From a phage: DNA of 61,121 bases. Positions 35,930-45,152 of the stretch are shown in pieces (positions within the stretch are counted from its first letter, which is position 1; every line of letters starts with the position of its first letter). The notes beneath the pieces are model-generated. The model saw only the letters and a list, made by a program, of their open reading frames with translations, did no database searches and had not been told where the DNA came from. Both the position numbers and the translations under genes were made by a program. The stretch lies in NCBI GenBank assembly GCA_012008225.1, contig GCA_012008225.1_4768.1; one strand, given 5' to 3'.

Positions 35930-38479
35930 ATGCTGGAACTTTTTCCTCAAGAAATTAAACAATACGAACAGTGGGCTGTCTGCGGTTTTCATCCAGGTAC
36001 ATCATCAGAAAAACAACCTTATGTATGGGACGATGATTTAGGGGATATGGTCCCACTTCGTAAAGACGGCAACGATAAAAAACCGTCTAACTTGCATTTA
36101 CTAATGTCCTTTGAAGATGCGGAACGTTGTATTCGTTACTATAACGAAATCGGTCATAATCTGCGTTTAGGTTTCTATCTACTTCCAAGTGACCCGTTCT
36201 GTTGTATAGACATGGATATTAAAGATACCATGTCTGAAATGGAAAAGAAAGTTGCTGGTGAACGATATAAGAAGATTGTTGAATCGTTCCATAGCTATAC
36301 GGAAATTTCCAGAAGTGGTGATGGACTGCACACATGGATTTATTCTATCCCTCAGGCTGGTAAGCGCCGTGATGGTGTGGAAGTGTATTCACAGTATCGC
36401 TTCATTATCTGTACAGGTGATCACTGGGATGTTACTCCGCGTACCGTGTCTGGTGCTCCAGGTAGTGAAAGCGAAGGGTACATTGCGAATCTCATTCATC
36501 AGCTTATGTCAGAGATGAGCGAGATTAATGAGTCCGATGGCTTCCAAATGTTGGAACTTACTGAAGAGGATTTCAGTAATGATCCATATGCAATGGAAGA
36601 TCAGGATGTTTATATCCAGTTGTGCGAACAAGAAAACGGAACATTGTTTAAACAGCTATGGGAAGGTCGTTGGAGAGCTGAAGAAGTTGATACTTCTATC
36701 GGTGAACGTTGTTTCCCTTCTCAGTCTGAAGCAGAATTTGCATTAATTGACTTTCTTTGCTTTAAGAGCAAGTACAATTTCCAGGTAAGGCGTCTATTCA
36801 TGTATTCACCAATGAGTAGTCGTTACGATGATTCACGTCGTATGCCTGGTGAAAAGATTAAACGTCCGTATCACCTGGATAGAATGATTCGCAACTATCG
36901 CTATGATGCCCATGTCAAATCTATGGGACTTATGCAGATAGTTCAGAATAACGTTAATGCAGCTATAGAGCGCACGGAGAAACTGCGTCAGGCAACTACA
37001 CCAGAACGCCCACCTGAAGAAGTGTTGACCACAGATGGTAATTATACTGAGGAGCAGGCGGACGGTTTAGCCTGGCCTCCGGGCTTTATGGGTGAGGTTG
37101 CTCGTAATATGTATAAAGCGAGCCTGTTACCCATTAAAGACATTAGTATTCTGTCTGCTCTTGCTTTATTTAGTGGTATGTGCGGTAAGGCGTGGAACAC
37201 AGTTACACGAAGTGGTTTGAACAACTACTTTGTATTAATTGCACGTTCTGGTATTGGTAAAGAAGCGTTTCGCTCTAACATTGAAACCATTCTTTCTCAG
37301 GTGTCCAATTATGGCGGTCAGGATGGGCAGCAGATATTCGGTATTGAACGTGTTTTAGATACCAGTACCTATGCGTCTGATGCTGCATTGCGCAAAGACG
37401 TCATAATGGATACGTCGGTCATGTCCTGCGGCTCATCCATTAACTATAAGACTGAAGTCGGTGCGTTTTTCCGTAACGGTAAGATGGAAGTCGGTAAAGC
37501 TAAAGACATTATGGATGAAATGCTTTCCCTTTATGATAAGGGGCATTTCTATGCTTTTTCTGGTGGTTCAAAGCACTCTAGCAAAGATAATACGACCGCT
37601 GGTGGTAAAGTCAAGGCGTATAGTTTTGCAGGTGAAACAACACCAGATGAATTTTATGGGAACGTTGATGACCGCATGATGTCAAGTGGTTTCATGTCTC
37701 GTATTATTGCATGGGAATGTACAGCTAACCGTCCGCTGATGAATAAGAGTATGCTTCTGGAATATCCAGAATCTATCCTGCGCACTATTGGGGCTATCTA
37801 TAAACAAGCTGTGCGTATTATGTCAGGGACTGCTCCATGTTATGTTGAAATGGAAGCAGATGTACACGAAGCGTTTGATAACCTTGATAATGTTGTTGCG
37901 AAGTTTCTGAATAGCGGCAATGACGGTGAACAGGTGCAAGATGAAGTAATTCGTCAGATGTACACAAGGAAGGCGTTGAAGGTATTGCGTATCGCCTCCC
38001 TTCTTGCTGTAGCGGATAACAGTGAGCGTCCTGTTGTTACTATGGAACATTATCGTTGGGCCGAGTCATTTATTGATCAGGGTAACGAACGTTTCTTAGA
38101 GAAGCGCAATAGTGGGCAGATTGGATCTACAGATAGTACCAGTCGTGAGAAAATAATGCTCAACTCTATCAAGAAGTTCTTGGATGGGGAAGTTAAAGCT
38201 GGTGTGTATAAACGGTTCCCAATGTTTAAGGACGCGTTTATTGTCACACGAAGTGATTTATGCACAGTATGTCGCCAGTTCAAGGCTTTTAAACAAACAA
38301 GAAATGACAACATCTTGCAGGTCATAGACAACACAATTTATGGTTTGATGTCTATGGAAGTTCTTACTGAAATGAGGCCAATGGACTTTTCAAGTTTCTT
38401 CGGTGCAGAGTTTACACCACCGAGGATGAAATGTTATTTGGTGGACATCGAGAGAATGAACGAAGTCATTAAGTTATAA
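35930..38479 (+). CDS. DNA primase-polymerase (archaeo-eukaryotic primase superfamily) with large C-terminal domain
   Basis: 849 aa; motifs CCIDMDIKD (DxD), SRSGDGLHTW (SxSGxGxH) and CTGDHWD in N-terminal third; C-terminal part may be a degenerate helicase-like domain (SGIGKE). Confidence 0.65.
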   Translation: MLELFPQEIKQYEQWAVCGFHPGTSSEKQPYVWDDDLGDMVPLRKDGNDKKPSNLHLLMSFEDAERCIRYYNEIGHNLRLGFYLLPSDPFCCIDMDIKDTMSEMEKKVAGERYKKIVESFHSYTEISRSGDGLHTWIYSIPQAGKRRDGVEVYSQYRFIICTGDHWDVTPRTVSGAPGSESEGYIANLIHQLMSEMSEINESDGFQMLELTEEDFSNDPYAMEDQDVYIQLCEQENGTLFKQLWEGRWRAEEVDTSIGERCFPSQSEAEFALIDFLCFKSKYNFQVRRLFMYSPMSSRYDDSRRMPGEKIKRPYHLDRMIRNYRYDAHVKSMGLMQIVQNNVNAAIERTEKLRQATTPERPPEEVLTTDGNYTEEQADGLAWPPGFMGEVARNMYKASLLPIKDISILSALALFSGMCGKAWNTVTRSGLNNYFVLIARSGIGKEAFRSNIETILSQVSNYGGQDGQQIFGIERVLDTSTYASDAALRKDVIMDTSVMSCGSSINYKTEVGAFFRNGKMEVGKAKDIMDEMLSLYDKGHFYAFSGGSKHSSKDNTTAGGKVKAYSFAGETTPDEFYGNVDDRMMSSGFMSRIIAWECTANRPLMNKSMLLEYPESILRTIGAIYKQAVRIMSGTAPCYVEMEADVHEAFDNLDNVVAKFLNSGNDGEQVQDEVIRQMYTRKALKVLRIASLLAVADNSERPVVTMEHYRWAESFIDQGNERFLEKRNSGQIGSTDSTSREKIMLNSIKKFLDGEVKAGVYKRFPMFKDAFIVTRSDLCTVCRQFKAFKQTRNDNILQVIDNTIYGLMSMEVLTEMRPMDFSSFFGAEFTPPRMKCYLVDIERMNEVIKL

Positions 38480-38481
38480 AA

Positions 38482-38504
38482 AATGGGCGCATATAGCGCC
38501 CATT
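38482..38504. terminator. Bidirectional rho-independent terminator
   Basis: AATGGGCGC-ATATA-GCGCCCATT, 9 bp perfect stem, between convergent genes ending at 38479 and 38508; A/T-rich on both sides. Confidence 0.6.
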
Positions 38505-38507
38505 ATA

Positions 38508-38738
38508 TTATTCGTGCAATTCTAAGAAACCGCATACGACATATTCAAACATCTCATCATAATCTGGTGTTGAAAAGTCTCCAACGTGATACTCACCTTT
38601 CTCGAACGTAACCACAGTTGAAGAGTTCATGTATGTGTACCTAATCTTGTGAGTTCCGTCTGTGCAGTTGTGTGAGAATTCCTCTGACTTGTTCATTGCA
38701 GTTCTGATGTTTCTTTTTACAAGATCTTGGTGAGTCAT
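38508..38738 (-). CDS. Hypothetical protein (lone minus-strand gene inside plus-strand block)
   Basis: 76 aa; ATG at 38738 after GGAGGAA; own promoter upstream. Confidence 0.5.
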   Translation of the reverse strand: MTHQDLVKRNIRTAMNKSEEFSHNCTDGTHKIRYTYMNSSTVVTFEKGEYHVGDFSTPDYDEMFEYVVCGFLELHE

Positions 38739-38761
38739 TTTGTGTTCCTCCGCTTACAAAC

Positions 38762-38801
38762 TGTATAATACATACTATAGAGCATTTCCTTAGGAATGCA
38801 A
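38762..38801. promoter_or_regulatory. Back-to-back divergent promoters
   Basis: Plus strand: extended -10 TGTTATAAT (38762-38769). Minus strand: TTGCAT (38801..38796), 16 nt spacer, TATAGT (38779..38774). Confidence 0.4.
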
Positions 38802-38836
38802 TAGGTATCAAGAATTATTTTACGTCCGAGGGTCAA

Positions 38837-39124
38837 ATGTCCAGTTACAATCTAGCAGCTATTAAAATTGTGTACGGTGCTCTATACCAGGATGAGGAGT
38901 TCCCAGGCATTGAGCAGGCAATTAAAAGAATCAAGTCTAATCGTGTTGACTCGGAACAACTGTTCGCCTATGCTTTAGCCATCTCCGGTAATAAAGTACA
39001 AGGAAGTTACTACAAGATTCTGTCCGATCAGTTAAGGAATGTGATACTAGAAAGAGATTTAATACGAAATACGGTAATTTTGAAAGGTGAAGATAATGAA
39101 CTGGCAAAATTATTTCGAATATAA
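38837..39124 (+). CDS. Hypothetical protein
   Basis: 95 aa; ATG at 38837 after GAGGGT. Confidence 0.5.
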   Translation: MSSYNLAAIKIVYGALYQDEEFPGIEQAIKRIKSNRVDSEQLFAYALAISGNKVQGSYYKILSDQLRNVILERDLIRNTVILKGEDNELAKLFRI

Positions 39125-39575
39125 TGCTGGGCAATTATATTGGAAAACTAAGCCTTCCAAACGTATTAATATAGGACAGAAGGCCGGATCCGTTAATTGT
39201 CAGACTGGTTATGTTACAATTCAATTTCAAGGTAAGATTTATCAAGCCCACCGAATCATTTGGGAAATGCACTACGGACCAATTCCAGAAGGGATGGAGA
39301 TAGACCATATCTGGCACGATAGGAAGGACAACCGTATAGAAAACCTGAGGTTGGTGACTCGTACAGGTAATCAGCAGAATAGGTCAAAAGGTAAGAATAA
39401 TAAATCAGGTGTCGTTGGGGTTAATTGGAATAATAAAGAAAATAAATGGGAGGTGTTTATAGGTGTTAACGGTAGGCAAAAATACATCGGTCTTTTCGTT
39501 GACTTTAACGAAGCAATTAAAGCTCGTAAACAAGCCGAAGACAAGTATGGGTATCATGAAAATCATGGAAATTAG
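39096..39575 (+). CDS. HNH homing endonuclease with AP2-type DNA-binding domain
   Basis: ATG at 39096 (ORF-track GTG at 39087); HNH region EIDHIWHDRKDNRIENLRLVT...NQQN; C-terminal GVVGVNWNNKENKWEVFIGVNGRQKYIGLFVDFNEAIKARKQAEDKYG is AP2-like; free-standing between genes. Confidence 0.8.
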   Translation: MNWQNYFEYNAGQLYWKTKPSKRINIGQKAGSVNCQTGYVTIQFQGKIYQAHRIIWEMHYGPIPEGMEIDHIWHDRKDNRIENLRLVTRTGNQQNRSKGKNNKSGVVGVNWNNKENKWEVFIGVNGRQKYIGLFVDFNEAIKARKQAEDKYGYHENHGN

Positions 39576-39585
39576 GAGTTAAAAC

Positions 39586-39783
39586 ATGCAAAAGCATCAA
39601 CCTCTGTATAAAGTCCGTCGTCTCGGTGGTGGTCTCTACGCAGTAGAGCGCAATAAACGTTCTATTACAATCGTCAGTGTTAAAGTGGGATCACGTAAAT
39701 TCTATAGCGTTCCTAACTGCTCACCTTTGTTACCAACACTGCGCGACGCTGTGTTGTATGTGCTTACTGGTACATTCTTCTAA
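39586..39783 (+). CDS. Hypothetical protein
   Basis: 65 aa; ATG at 39586 after AGGAG. Confidence 0.45.
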   Translation: MQKHQPLYKVRRLGGGLYAVERNKRSITIVSVKVGSRKFYSVPNCSPLLPTLRDAVLYVLTGTFF

Positions 39784-39799
39784 CTTTAAGAGTATTCAA

Positions 39800-40021
39800 A
39801 TGACAGATAAAGAATTAGTAGTTTGTGAACAAAAGACGAGGGAGTTCTTCGTATCCTATAGTTATCACAAAGGACAGATGGTATCTCCAGGATTTGGACA
39901 TGTATTTGTAAAGGCTCCGTGTATTAGCAGGGAGACAATTGAAGGTACTGTTCAACTTCTTAAAGAATCGAATTCCTTCGATGTTGTTATTATTCTTAAT
40001 ATCATTGAGCTGGAGAAATAA
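39800..40021 (+). CDS. Hypothetical protein
   Basis: ATG at 39800 in ORF-track frame 39677..40021; 73 aa. Confidence 0.5.
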   Translation: MTDKELVVCEQKTREFFVSYSYHKGQMVSPGFGHVFVKAPCISRETIEGTVQLLKESNSFDVVIILNIIELEK

Positions 40022-40022
40022 T

Positions 40023-40241
40023 ATGTGTGATAAATGTAAAGAAATGATGATAGACGAGAGAATGTTAGTGTCTCTGGCAATCATTGAAGCAGCCCAGAAT
40101 TCCTTCATTGAAGCCTATCGTTTATGTAAACCAGAATCATCGTTAGATGAAATTGAGAAAGCCTGGCAGAAATCAAATACATGCAACGTATTGGGACATC
40201 TTATGGCGAGCGAAGAACAACCTAAAGAGAATTTACACTAA
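40023..40241 (+). CDS. Hypothetical protein
   Basis: ATG at 40023 in ORF-track frame 39939..40241; 72 aa. Confidence 0.5.
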   Translation: MCDKCKEMMIDERMLVSLAIIEAAQNSFIEAYRLCKPESSLDEIEKAWQKSNTCNVLGHLMASEEQPKENLH

Positions 40242-40549
40242 TGCCTAGCAAAATATACAAAGTGTTAGGATGGAAGCCTTATACTTTTCGCTCAAACTAC
40301 GACAAGGAAATGAAGTGTAAACGATGCCCAAAGTGTGGTCACACTGAATTTACAGAAACTGTTGTAGCTCAAGTTGATGGATACTATTCACCTGTGTGCG
40401 AGTCAAAGATTAATTGTAATCATTGCGGGCAAGAGGTAAACTATTGGGCATACGGTTACTACGAACCACATCATATGGTTGCAGATCGTAGCATGTCCAT
40501 GTTAATTAATCGTATTGAAGATAAATTAAGGAGAACCAGTTTACCATGA
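40241..40549 (+). CDS. Zinc-ribbon protein
   Basis: 102 aa with CKRCPKCGH ... CNHCGQ cysteine pairs; ATG overlaps upstream stop (TAATG). Confidence 0.55.
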   Translation: MPSKIYKVLGWKPYTFRSNYDKEMKCKRCPKCGHTEFTETVVAQVDGYYSPVCESKINCNHCGQEVNYWAYGYYEPHHMVADRSMSMLINRIEDKLRRTSLP

Positions 40550-40725
40550 GTAAGAAAACCGATATCCGCAATCGCAATGCCGCTATTACTGCTTATCGTA
40601 TGCGGGAGAAAGGTTTTACTTATAACCACATTGCTGAACATCTTGGTAAGAAGCCACATCAAATTAAATCGCTCATTCTGTTAGGTGAGCGCCTGGAATC
40701 TTTAAATGAGGAGACGACACAATGA
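40546..40725 (+). CDS. Small helix-turn-helix DNA-binding protein (59 aa)
   Basis: Not in ORF track; ATG at 40546 overlaps upstream stop (ATGA), AGGAGA upstream; sequence AAITAYRMREKGFTYNHIAEHLGKKPHQIKSLI is HTH-like; stop overlaps next ATG. Confidence 0.4.
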   Translation: MSKKTDIRNRNAAITAYRMREKGFTYNHIAEHLGKKPHQIKSLILLGERLESLNEETTQ

Positions 40726-40997
40726 ATGTAACTGTACGCCAGCCTAATAAGAAAGAAAAGGACATGATGATTGGCTTTACTATGCCTGCGCCACTTGTAC
40801 ATATCGGAGCGTTATTACGCTGCACAAACGCGAACACGCGGCGCTTTACGCATAACTCTGTGTATAGAGTTCACCGCACGGTACACAATGTCCGTAGCGG
40901 CCTAGCTTTGCCTGTGGTACGTGATGATAACGGGCTGGAAGTTGTTTGCACTTCGCTGTCATTTTCTATGGGCCATTGGCAAAAATGTACGGTATGA
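40722..40997 (+). CDS. Hypothetical protein
   Basis: 91 aa; ATG at 40722. Confidence 0.5.
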   Translation: MNVTVRQPNKKEKDMMIGFTMPAPLVHIGALLRCTNANTRRFTHNSVYRVHRTVHNVRSGLALPVVRDDNGLEVVCTSLSFSMGHWQKCTV

Positions 40998-41138
40998 CCT
41001 GTGAATTCTGACGAATTCATGTATTGTAATCAAACACGTAAACAGGTTAACATTATTTGCGAGAGTGGTTGGTAGATTACCCCTTTTCGAAGGCTGTCTC
41101 TCGCTGACATGTTATTATCTATTATATGCTTCGCTTTC

Positions 41139-41166
41139 GGGGGTACTTGTGTACCCCCTATTTTTT
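41139..41166 (+). terminator. Rho-independent terminator
   Basis: GGGGGTAC-TTGT-GTACCCCC (8 bp stem) followed by TATTTTTT. Confidence 0.65.
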
Positions 41167-41183
41167 AGATGGAGATTTATAAC

Positions 41184-41645
41184 ATGGGAGCTAATCCTCG
41201 TACTAAAGGTCAGACAGGCGAGCGTGAGATTTGTAAATTCTTTAATGATATCTACGAAGAAGTTTACGCCGCTCTTGGAATGACTTATCCAGAAAAGCCC
41301 ATAGCACAGCGTAACCAGAATCAGAGTGCCGTAGGTGGTTGCGATATCACAAATACCTGTTTCTATGCGGTGGAAGTTAAACGCCAGGAACAGTTATCAA
41401 TTAACACATGGTGGGCACAGTGTGTTAAGAGTGCATTAGAAGCAGACAAGTTTCCAGTTCTTATGTACCGTCAGAATAAAAAGCCCTGGCGCGTAGTCCT
41501 GTATATGAATCCTATCATGCTTTTCGCTGATGAAGCGAAACATCACCCCGAAGATCCGCCGAGATGTGAAATATCCCTGGAAGATTTTCGGATAATCTTT
41601 AAATCACATGCCTATGAATATATCAAGAGGAATGGTCACGCTTAG
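41184..41645 (+). CDS. Putative Holliday-junction resolvase / PD-(D/E)XK nuclease (Hjc-like)
   Basis: ATG at 41184 after GGAG (ORF-track ATG at 41169); G.TGEREI...L ... D ... YAVEVKR pattern resembles archaeal Hjc-type resolvases. Confidence 0.5.
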   Translation: MGANPRTKGQTGEREICKFFNDIYEEVYAALGMTYPEKPIAQRNQNQSAVGGCDITNTCFYAVEVKRQEQLSINTWWAQCVKSALEADKFPVLMYRQNKKPWRVVLYMNPIMLFADEAKHHPEDPPRCEISLEDFRIIFKSHAYEYIKRNGHA

Positions 41646-41657
41646 GAGGTGTAAGAA

Positions 41658-41800
41658 GTGAGTTGTGAGGAAAGTCCCGTTCAATGGTGTGAACGTATGC
41701 AACGGGAAGCTGAAACTGGTGAGGATGCTTATCGTTATTATCAGTTAAAGCAACAATGGGAACAACGTCTAACTAATGAAGAGAGTGAAAAACATGAATA
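41658..41800 (+). CDS. Candidate small ORF (47 aa) with strong SD
   Basis: GTG at 41658 follows AGGAGGT by 7 nt; not in ORF track; stop overlaps dUTPase start region. Confidence 0.25.
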
Positions 41801-42318
41801 AGAAAGACGATATGTCTAATGTCATTAAAGATGCAACTGTCAAAGGTACTATTGCAGTTGAAGACGGTGCTGTGAAAGGTTTTACTGTGGAACAGCTAAT
41901 TGTGGAGCTTCTTACTGACACTGCTCAAATGCCACGATTTGCTACTCCTGGTTCTATGTGCTTCGACATCTACGCGGATGAACCTGAACCTGTGACAATC
42001 TATGCTGGTCGTGCGTACACGTTCAACACGGGTATTAAGTTGCAGATCCCTCATGGTTACGGCATGGAAGTCTATTCACGTAGCGGTCATGGATTTAAAC
42101 ACGGGATTCGTTTAGGTAACTGTATTGGTATCATTGATCATGATTACCGTGATGAGTTGAAAATACGTCTGCACAACGACTCTTATGCACCTTACACGGT
42201 TCAGGTCGGTGAACGTATTGCACAGGCGCGTCTTGTGGAGCTGGTTCGTATGCGTATTGTTTCTGGTGTGGTAGAAGAAACAGGCCGCGGTGGTTTTGGT
42301 TCTACTGGTAAGTTGTAA
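41776..42318 (+). CDS. dut: dUTP diphosphatase
   Basis: Trimeric dUTPase motifs: YSRSGHG, GIIDHDYRDE, QVGERIAQARL, C-terminal RGGFGSTGK; alternative starts at 41794 or 41812. Confidence 0.85.
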   Translation: MKRVKNMNKKDDMSNVIKDATVKGTIAVEDGAVKGFTVEQLIVELLTDTAQMPRFATPGSMCFDIYADEPEPVTIYAGRAYTFNTGIKLQIPHGYGMEVYSRSGHGFKHGIRLGNCIGIIDHDYRDELKIRLHNDSYAPYTVQVGERIAQARLVELVRMRIVSGVVEETGRGGFGSTGKL

Positions 42319-42393
42319 TCATATTTAGGGGTATTTACAAGGAATTTAATTCTAAGTATTATACCCCTGTTAGCAAACAACGAGGGCAATAAC

Positions 42394-42819
42394 ATGGTCC
42401 AGTTACCAGAAATGAACTTAACTGAAGAGCAGAAGTACGAGCTCCTTTACAACTGGTATTCTAAGAAAGAAGAATTGGCCAAAGTGCAAGCGCAAGAACG
42501 CGCACTGCGCCAAAGTGTGGTTAGCGTCTTCTTTCCAGATGGTCTTAACGAAAATACTAACAAGATCAAACTTGATACAGGTGATGATCTTGTTGTAACT
42601 CAACCTTATACGCGTAAAGTTGATAAGGCTATCTTTAGTCAAATTCTTCCAGATCTTGTAAAAGCTGGAGTTGACGTCAACGAAGTTACTGAAACTAAAG
42701 TAGAACTTCGAGTTGCTAAATACCGTCAGTTAACACCGGAACAGTTGGCAATCTTTGATGAATGTGTGACCACAACTCCAGGTTCTCCGCAGGTTAAGAT
42801 CGCTGTTAAGAAGGGTTAA
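42394..42819 (+). CDS. Hypothetical protein
   Basis: 141 aa; ATG at 42394 after GAGGG. Confidence 0.55.
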   Translation: MVQLPEMNLTEEQKYELLYNWYSKKEELAKVQAQERALRQSVVSVFFPDGLNENTNKIKLDTGDDLVVTQPYTRKVDKAIFSQILPDLVKAGVDVNEVTETKVELRVAKYRQLTPEQLAIFDECVTTTPGSPQVKIAVKKG

Positions 42820-43410
42820 ATGCTCATCACGATAATATCGGATGCGTCGTTTTGTCACCGTACTAAATGTGGAGGCTATGGAATTTGGGTGGCCTCCAAA
42901 CGGGGTAAGAAGGCTTTTGGCGGCTCTGCACATGGTCACACGGATAATACCGTAGTTGAATGTATTGCAGTAGCTAACGGTTTATATCACGGCATAGAAG
43001 CTGGACTTATCTACACAAACGACGTTATATTATTCCAGACGGACTGCAAAGCAGCAATCCATATGTTCGAAGGTAAACGTCCACCGAGAGGAGAAGAACA
43101 GCAAGTATATAAATGGTTCATGGATACTATTGTCGAGAATAGACTTAGTTTTCAATTCCGTCATGTTAAAGGTCATTCGGGTAGGATGGATTCCCGTAGT
43201 CTTGCACAAGACAAGTGTGATGAAATTGCGGGTATGCACATGCGAAAAGGTAGACGACGCATGGACTACGATAAGTTAAAAGTAGATACAGCAAAATCCG
43301 TTATTCCTAAACCGAAGAAAGTTAACATTGAGAAACAACAATCTTGGGTTAGGAAGTTAAAACTTCTTGTTCGGGAACACACAAAGGTAAATTTCAATGG
43401 CTCGATTTAA
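42820..43410 (+). CDS. RNase H-like protein
   Basis: N-terminal IISDASF...GGYG, central E, C-terminal VKGHSGRMDSRSLAQDKCDEIAG resembles RNase HI H.G...N..AD.LA motif. Confidence 0.65.
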   Translation: MLITIISDASFCHRTKCGGYGIWVASKRGKKAFGGSAHGHTDNTVVECIAVANGLYHGIEAGLIYTNDVILFQTDCKAAIHMFEGKRPPRGEEQQVYKWFMDTIVENRLSFQFRHVKGHSGRMDSRSLAQDKCDEIAGMHMRKGRRRMDYDKLKVDTAKSVIPKPKKVNIEKQQSWVRKLKLLVREHTKVNFNGSI

Positions 43411-44341
43411 ACCTTATCTAGCAACAGATTGGGATTCAGCTAAACAGAAATATCCTGTAGGTATTATGCCTAAAATTGACGGCGTTCGTGGAATGAAGCC
43501 GTTTGGGGAACTTGTTGGACGAAGTCTTAAATCTTTTGCAAATAAGCAGGTCGCAAAGGTGTTTGGATCTCCCATCTATGATGGTATGGACGGTGAGCTT
43601 GCCGTTGGGAACGAAACGGACTTTGACTTATGTCGCAAGACAAGTAGTGCAACATCTAAAATTGAATGTGAATACGTTTGGACGTGGCATGTATTTGATT
43701 TGTGCGAACCAAACGTTGCACATCTGCCATACAAAGAGCGTTATGACATGCTCAAGAAGTACGTGGACGAATGCCACGCAAACGGCGAGTTGATGGACGT
43801 GAAGGTTGTGCCGCTGTATGTGGTCAACAACGAACAAGAACTCCTGGAGTGGGAAAATATTTGGCTTGATATGGGGTACGAAGGCGTGATCATTCGTGAC
43901 CTTGAAGCGAAATATAAATGGGGTCGTAGTACGCAGCGTGAAGGCGGTTATCTCCGCATTAAACGTTTCACTGATGGTGAAGGTGAGATCATTCGTATTA
44001 TCGAAGGTTGCACCAACGAGAATGAAGCTCAAATTAATGAATTAGGGCAAACTTATCGTTCAAGCCATCAAGCTAATATGATACCGAATGGTATGGTTGG
44101 TTCATTTGATGTTCGCGTTCTTACAGTACCGGAAGGTCTTGAAGGTCTTATTGAAGTTGGACAAGAAATGCGTGTAGGTGCTGGTCGTCTTACTCACGAA
44201 GAACGTAAATATTACTTTGAGCATCCTGATAAATTCATTGGGAAGATTTCTAAATGGAAATTCTTTGCTCACGGTATGAAGGACAAGTTGCGTATTCCTA
44301 CGCATCAAAGTTTCCGTGATCCAACGGATATTAGTGAATAA
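43397..44341 (+). CDS. ATP-dependent DNA ligase
   Basis: Adenylation motif I KIDGVRG near N-terminus; 314 aa. Confidence 0.8.
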   Translation: MARFKPYLATDWDSAKQKYPVGIMPKIDGVRGMKPFGELVGRSLKSFANKQVAKVFGSPIYDGMDGELAVGNETDFDLCRKTSSATSKIECEYVWTWHVFDLCEPNVAHLPYKERYDMLKKYVDECHANGELMDVKVVPLYVVNNEQELLEWENIWLDMGYEGVIIRDLEAKYKWGRSTQREGGYLRIKRFTDGEGEIIRIIEGCTNENEAQINELGQTYRSSHQANMIPNGMVGSFDVRVLTVPEGLEGLIEVGQEMRVGAGRLTHEERKYYFEHPDKFIGKISKWKFFAHGMKDKLRIPTHQSFRDPTDISE

Positions 44342-44347
44342 TCACGT

Positions 44348-44376
44348 TTGCATTCAGGGTAATTGGGTCCTAGTAT
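44348..44376 (+). promoter_or_regulatory. Sigma70-like promoter upstream of recombination genes
   Basis: TTGCAT (44348-44353), 17 nt spacer, TAGTAT (44371-44376). Confidence 0.4.
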
Positions 44377-44405
44377 TGCAGCCGTAACCACACAAGAGGT
44401 AACTT

Positions 44406-45152
44406 ATGCAATTTACAACTACCGCTCAAGCAGTTCTGGACACTGGTGTCAAGATGCTTGTGTATGGTGAATCCGGTATGGGTAAAACCATGCTTACAGC
44501 AACTCTTCCAAGACCGTTGCTGATTTCTGCGGAGTCTGGGCTTTTATCTTTAACACCAAATAACATTGCTCGTGTATTTGGTGAAAACAGACCAGATATC
44601 TGTTACGATATTCCAACCATCACGGTTGAAAATATCCAGGATGTGGAGCAGGCTTATGTTTGGGCGACTAACCCTGCAAACAATCCTGTAGGTGAAGATG
44701 GTTTACCGCGCTTTCAGTCTCTTGCGCTGGATTCACTTACTGAGATTGCTGAAAAGTGCCTTAACAATGCGAAGCGTACTGTGAAAGATCCGCGTCAGGC
44801 TTATGGGGATCTCATTGAGAAGATGCAAACTTTAGTTCGCGCTTTTCGAGATATTCCTGGACTTAACGTGTACATGGCAGCTAAAATGTCCCGTAACAAG
44901 GACGAGTTGACAGGTATTACGTCTTACGGTCCTTCTATGCCTGGTGCAAAATTAGGTCCAGAATTACCATACTTTTTTGACGAAGTGTTCAAAATTAGTG
45001 TTGGTAAAGACCAAAATACTCAAGCAGATTTTCGTTATCTGCTGACCAGACCAGATCTGTCAAATGTATGTAAAGATCGTTCTGGTTCGTTAGAACAGAT
45101 GGAATATCCACATCTCGGTGCAATCATTAACAAAATCAAAGGGGTACAATAA
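44406..45152 (+). CDS. Sak4-like RecA-fold ATPase (single-strand annealing / recombination)
   Basis: Walker A GESGMGKTM near N-terminus; 248 aa; followed by an SSB-like gene. Confidence 0.7.
   Translation: MQFTTTAQAVLDTGVKMLVYGESGMGKTMLTATLPRPLLISAESGLLSLTPNNIARVFGENRPDICYDIPTITVENIQDVEQAYVWATNPANNPVGEDGLPRFQSLALDSLTEIAEKCLNNAKRTVKDPRQAYGDLIEKMQTLVRAFRDIPGLNVYMAAKMSRNKDELTGITSYGPSMPGAKLGPELPYFFDEVFKISVGKDQNTQADFRYLLTRPDLSNVCKDRSGSLEQMEYPHLGAIINKIKGVQ

Noticed and set aside
41065-41283. 72-aa ORF overlapping the terminator at 41139-41166
   Set aside because: Spans a strong rho-independent terminator and the SD and start of the resolvase-like gene; no SD of its own
42319-42393. Long imperfect stem-loop (AGGGGTAT ... 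ATACCCCT) after the dUTPase gene as a terminator
   Set aside because: Loop is very large and no U-tract follows; at most a weak RNA structure
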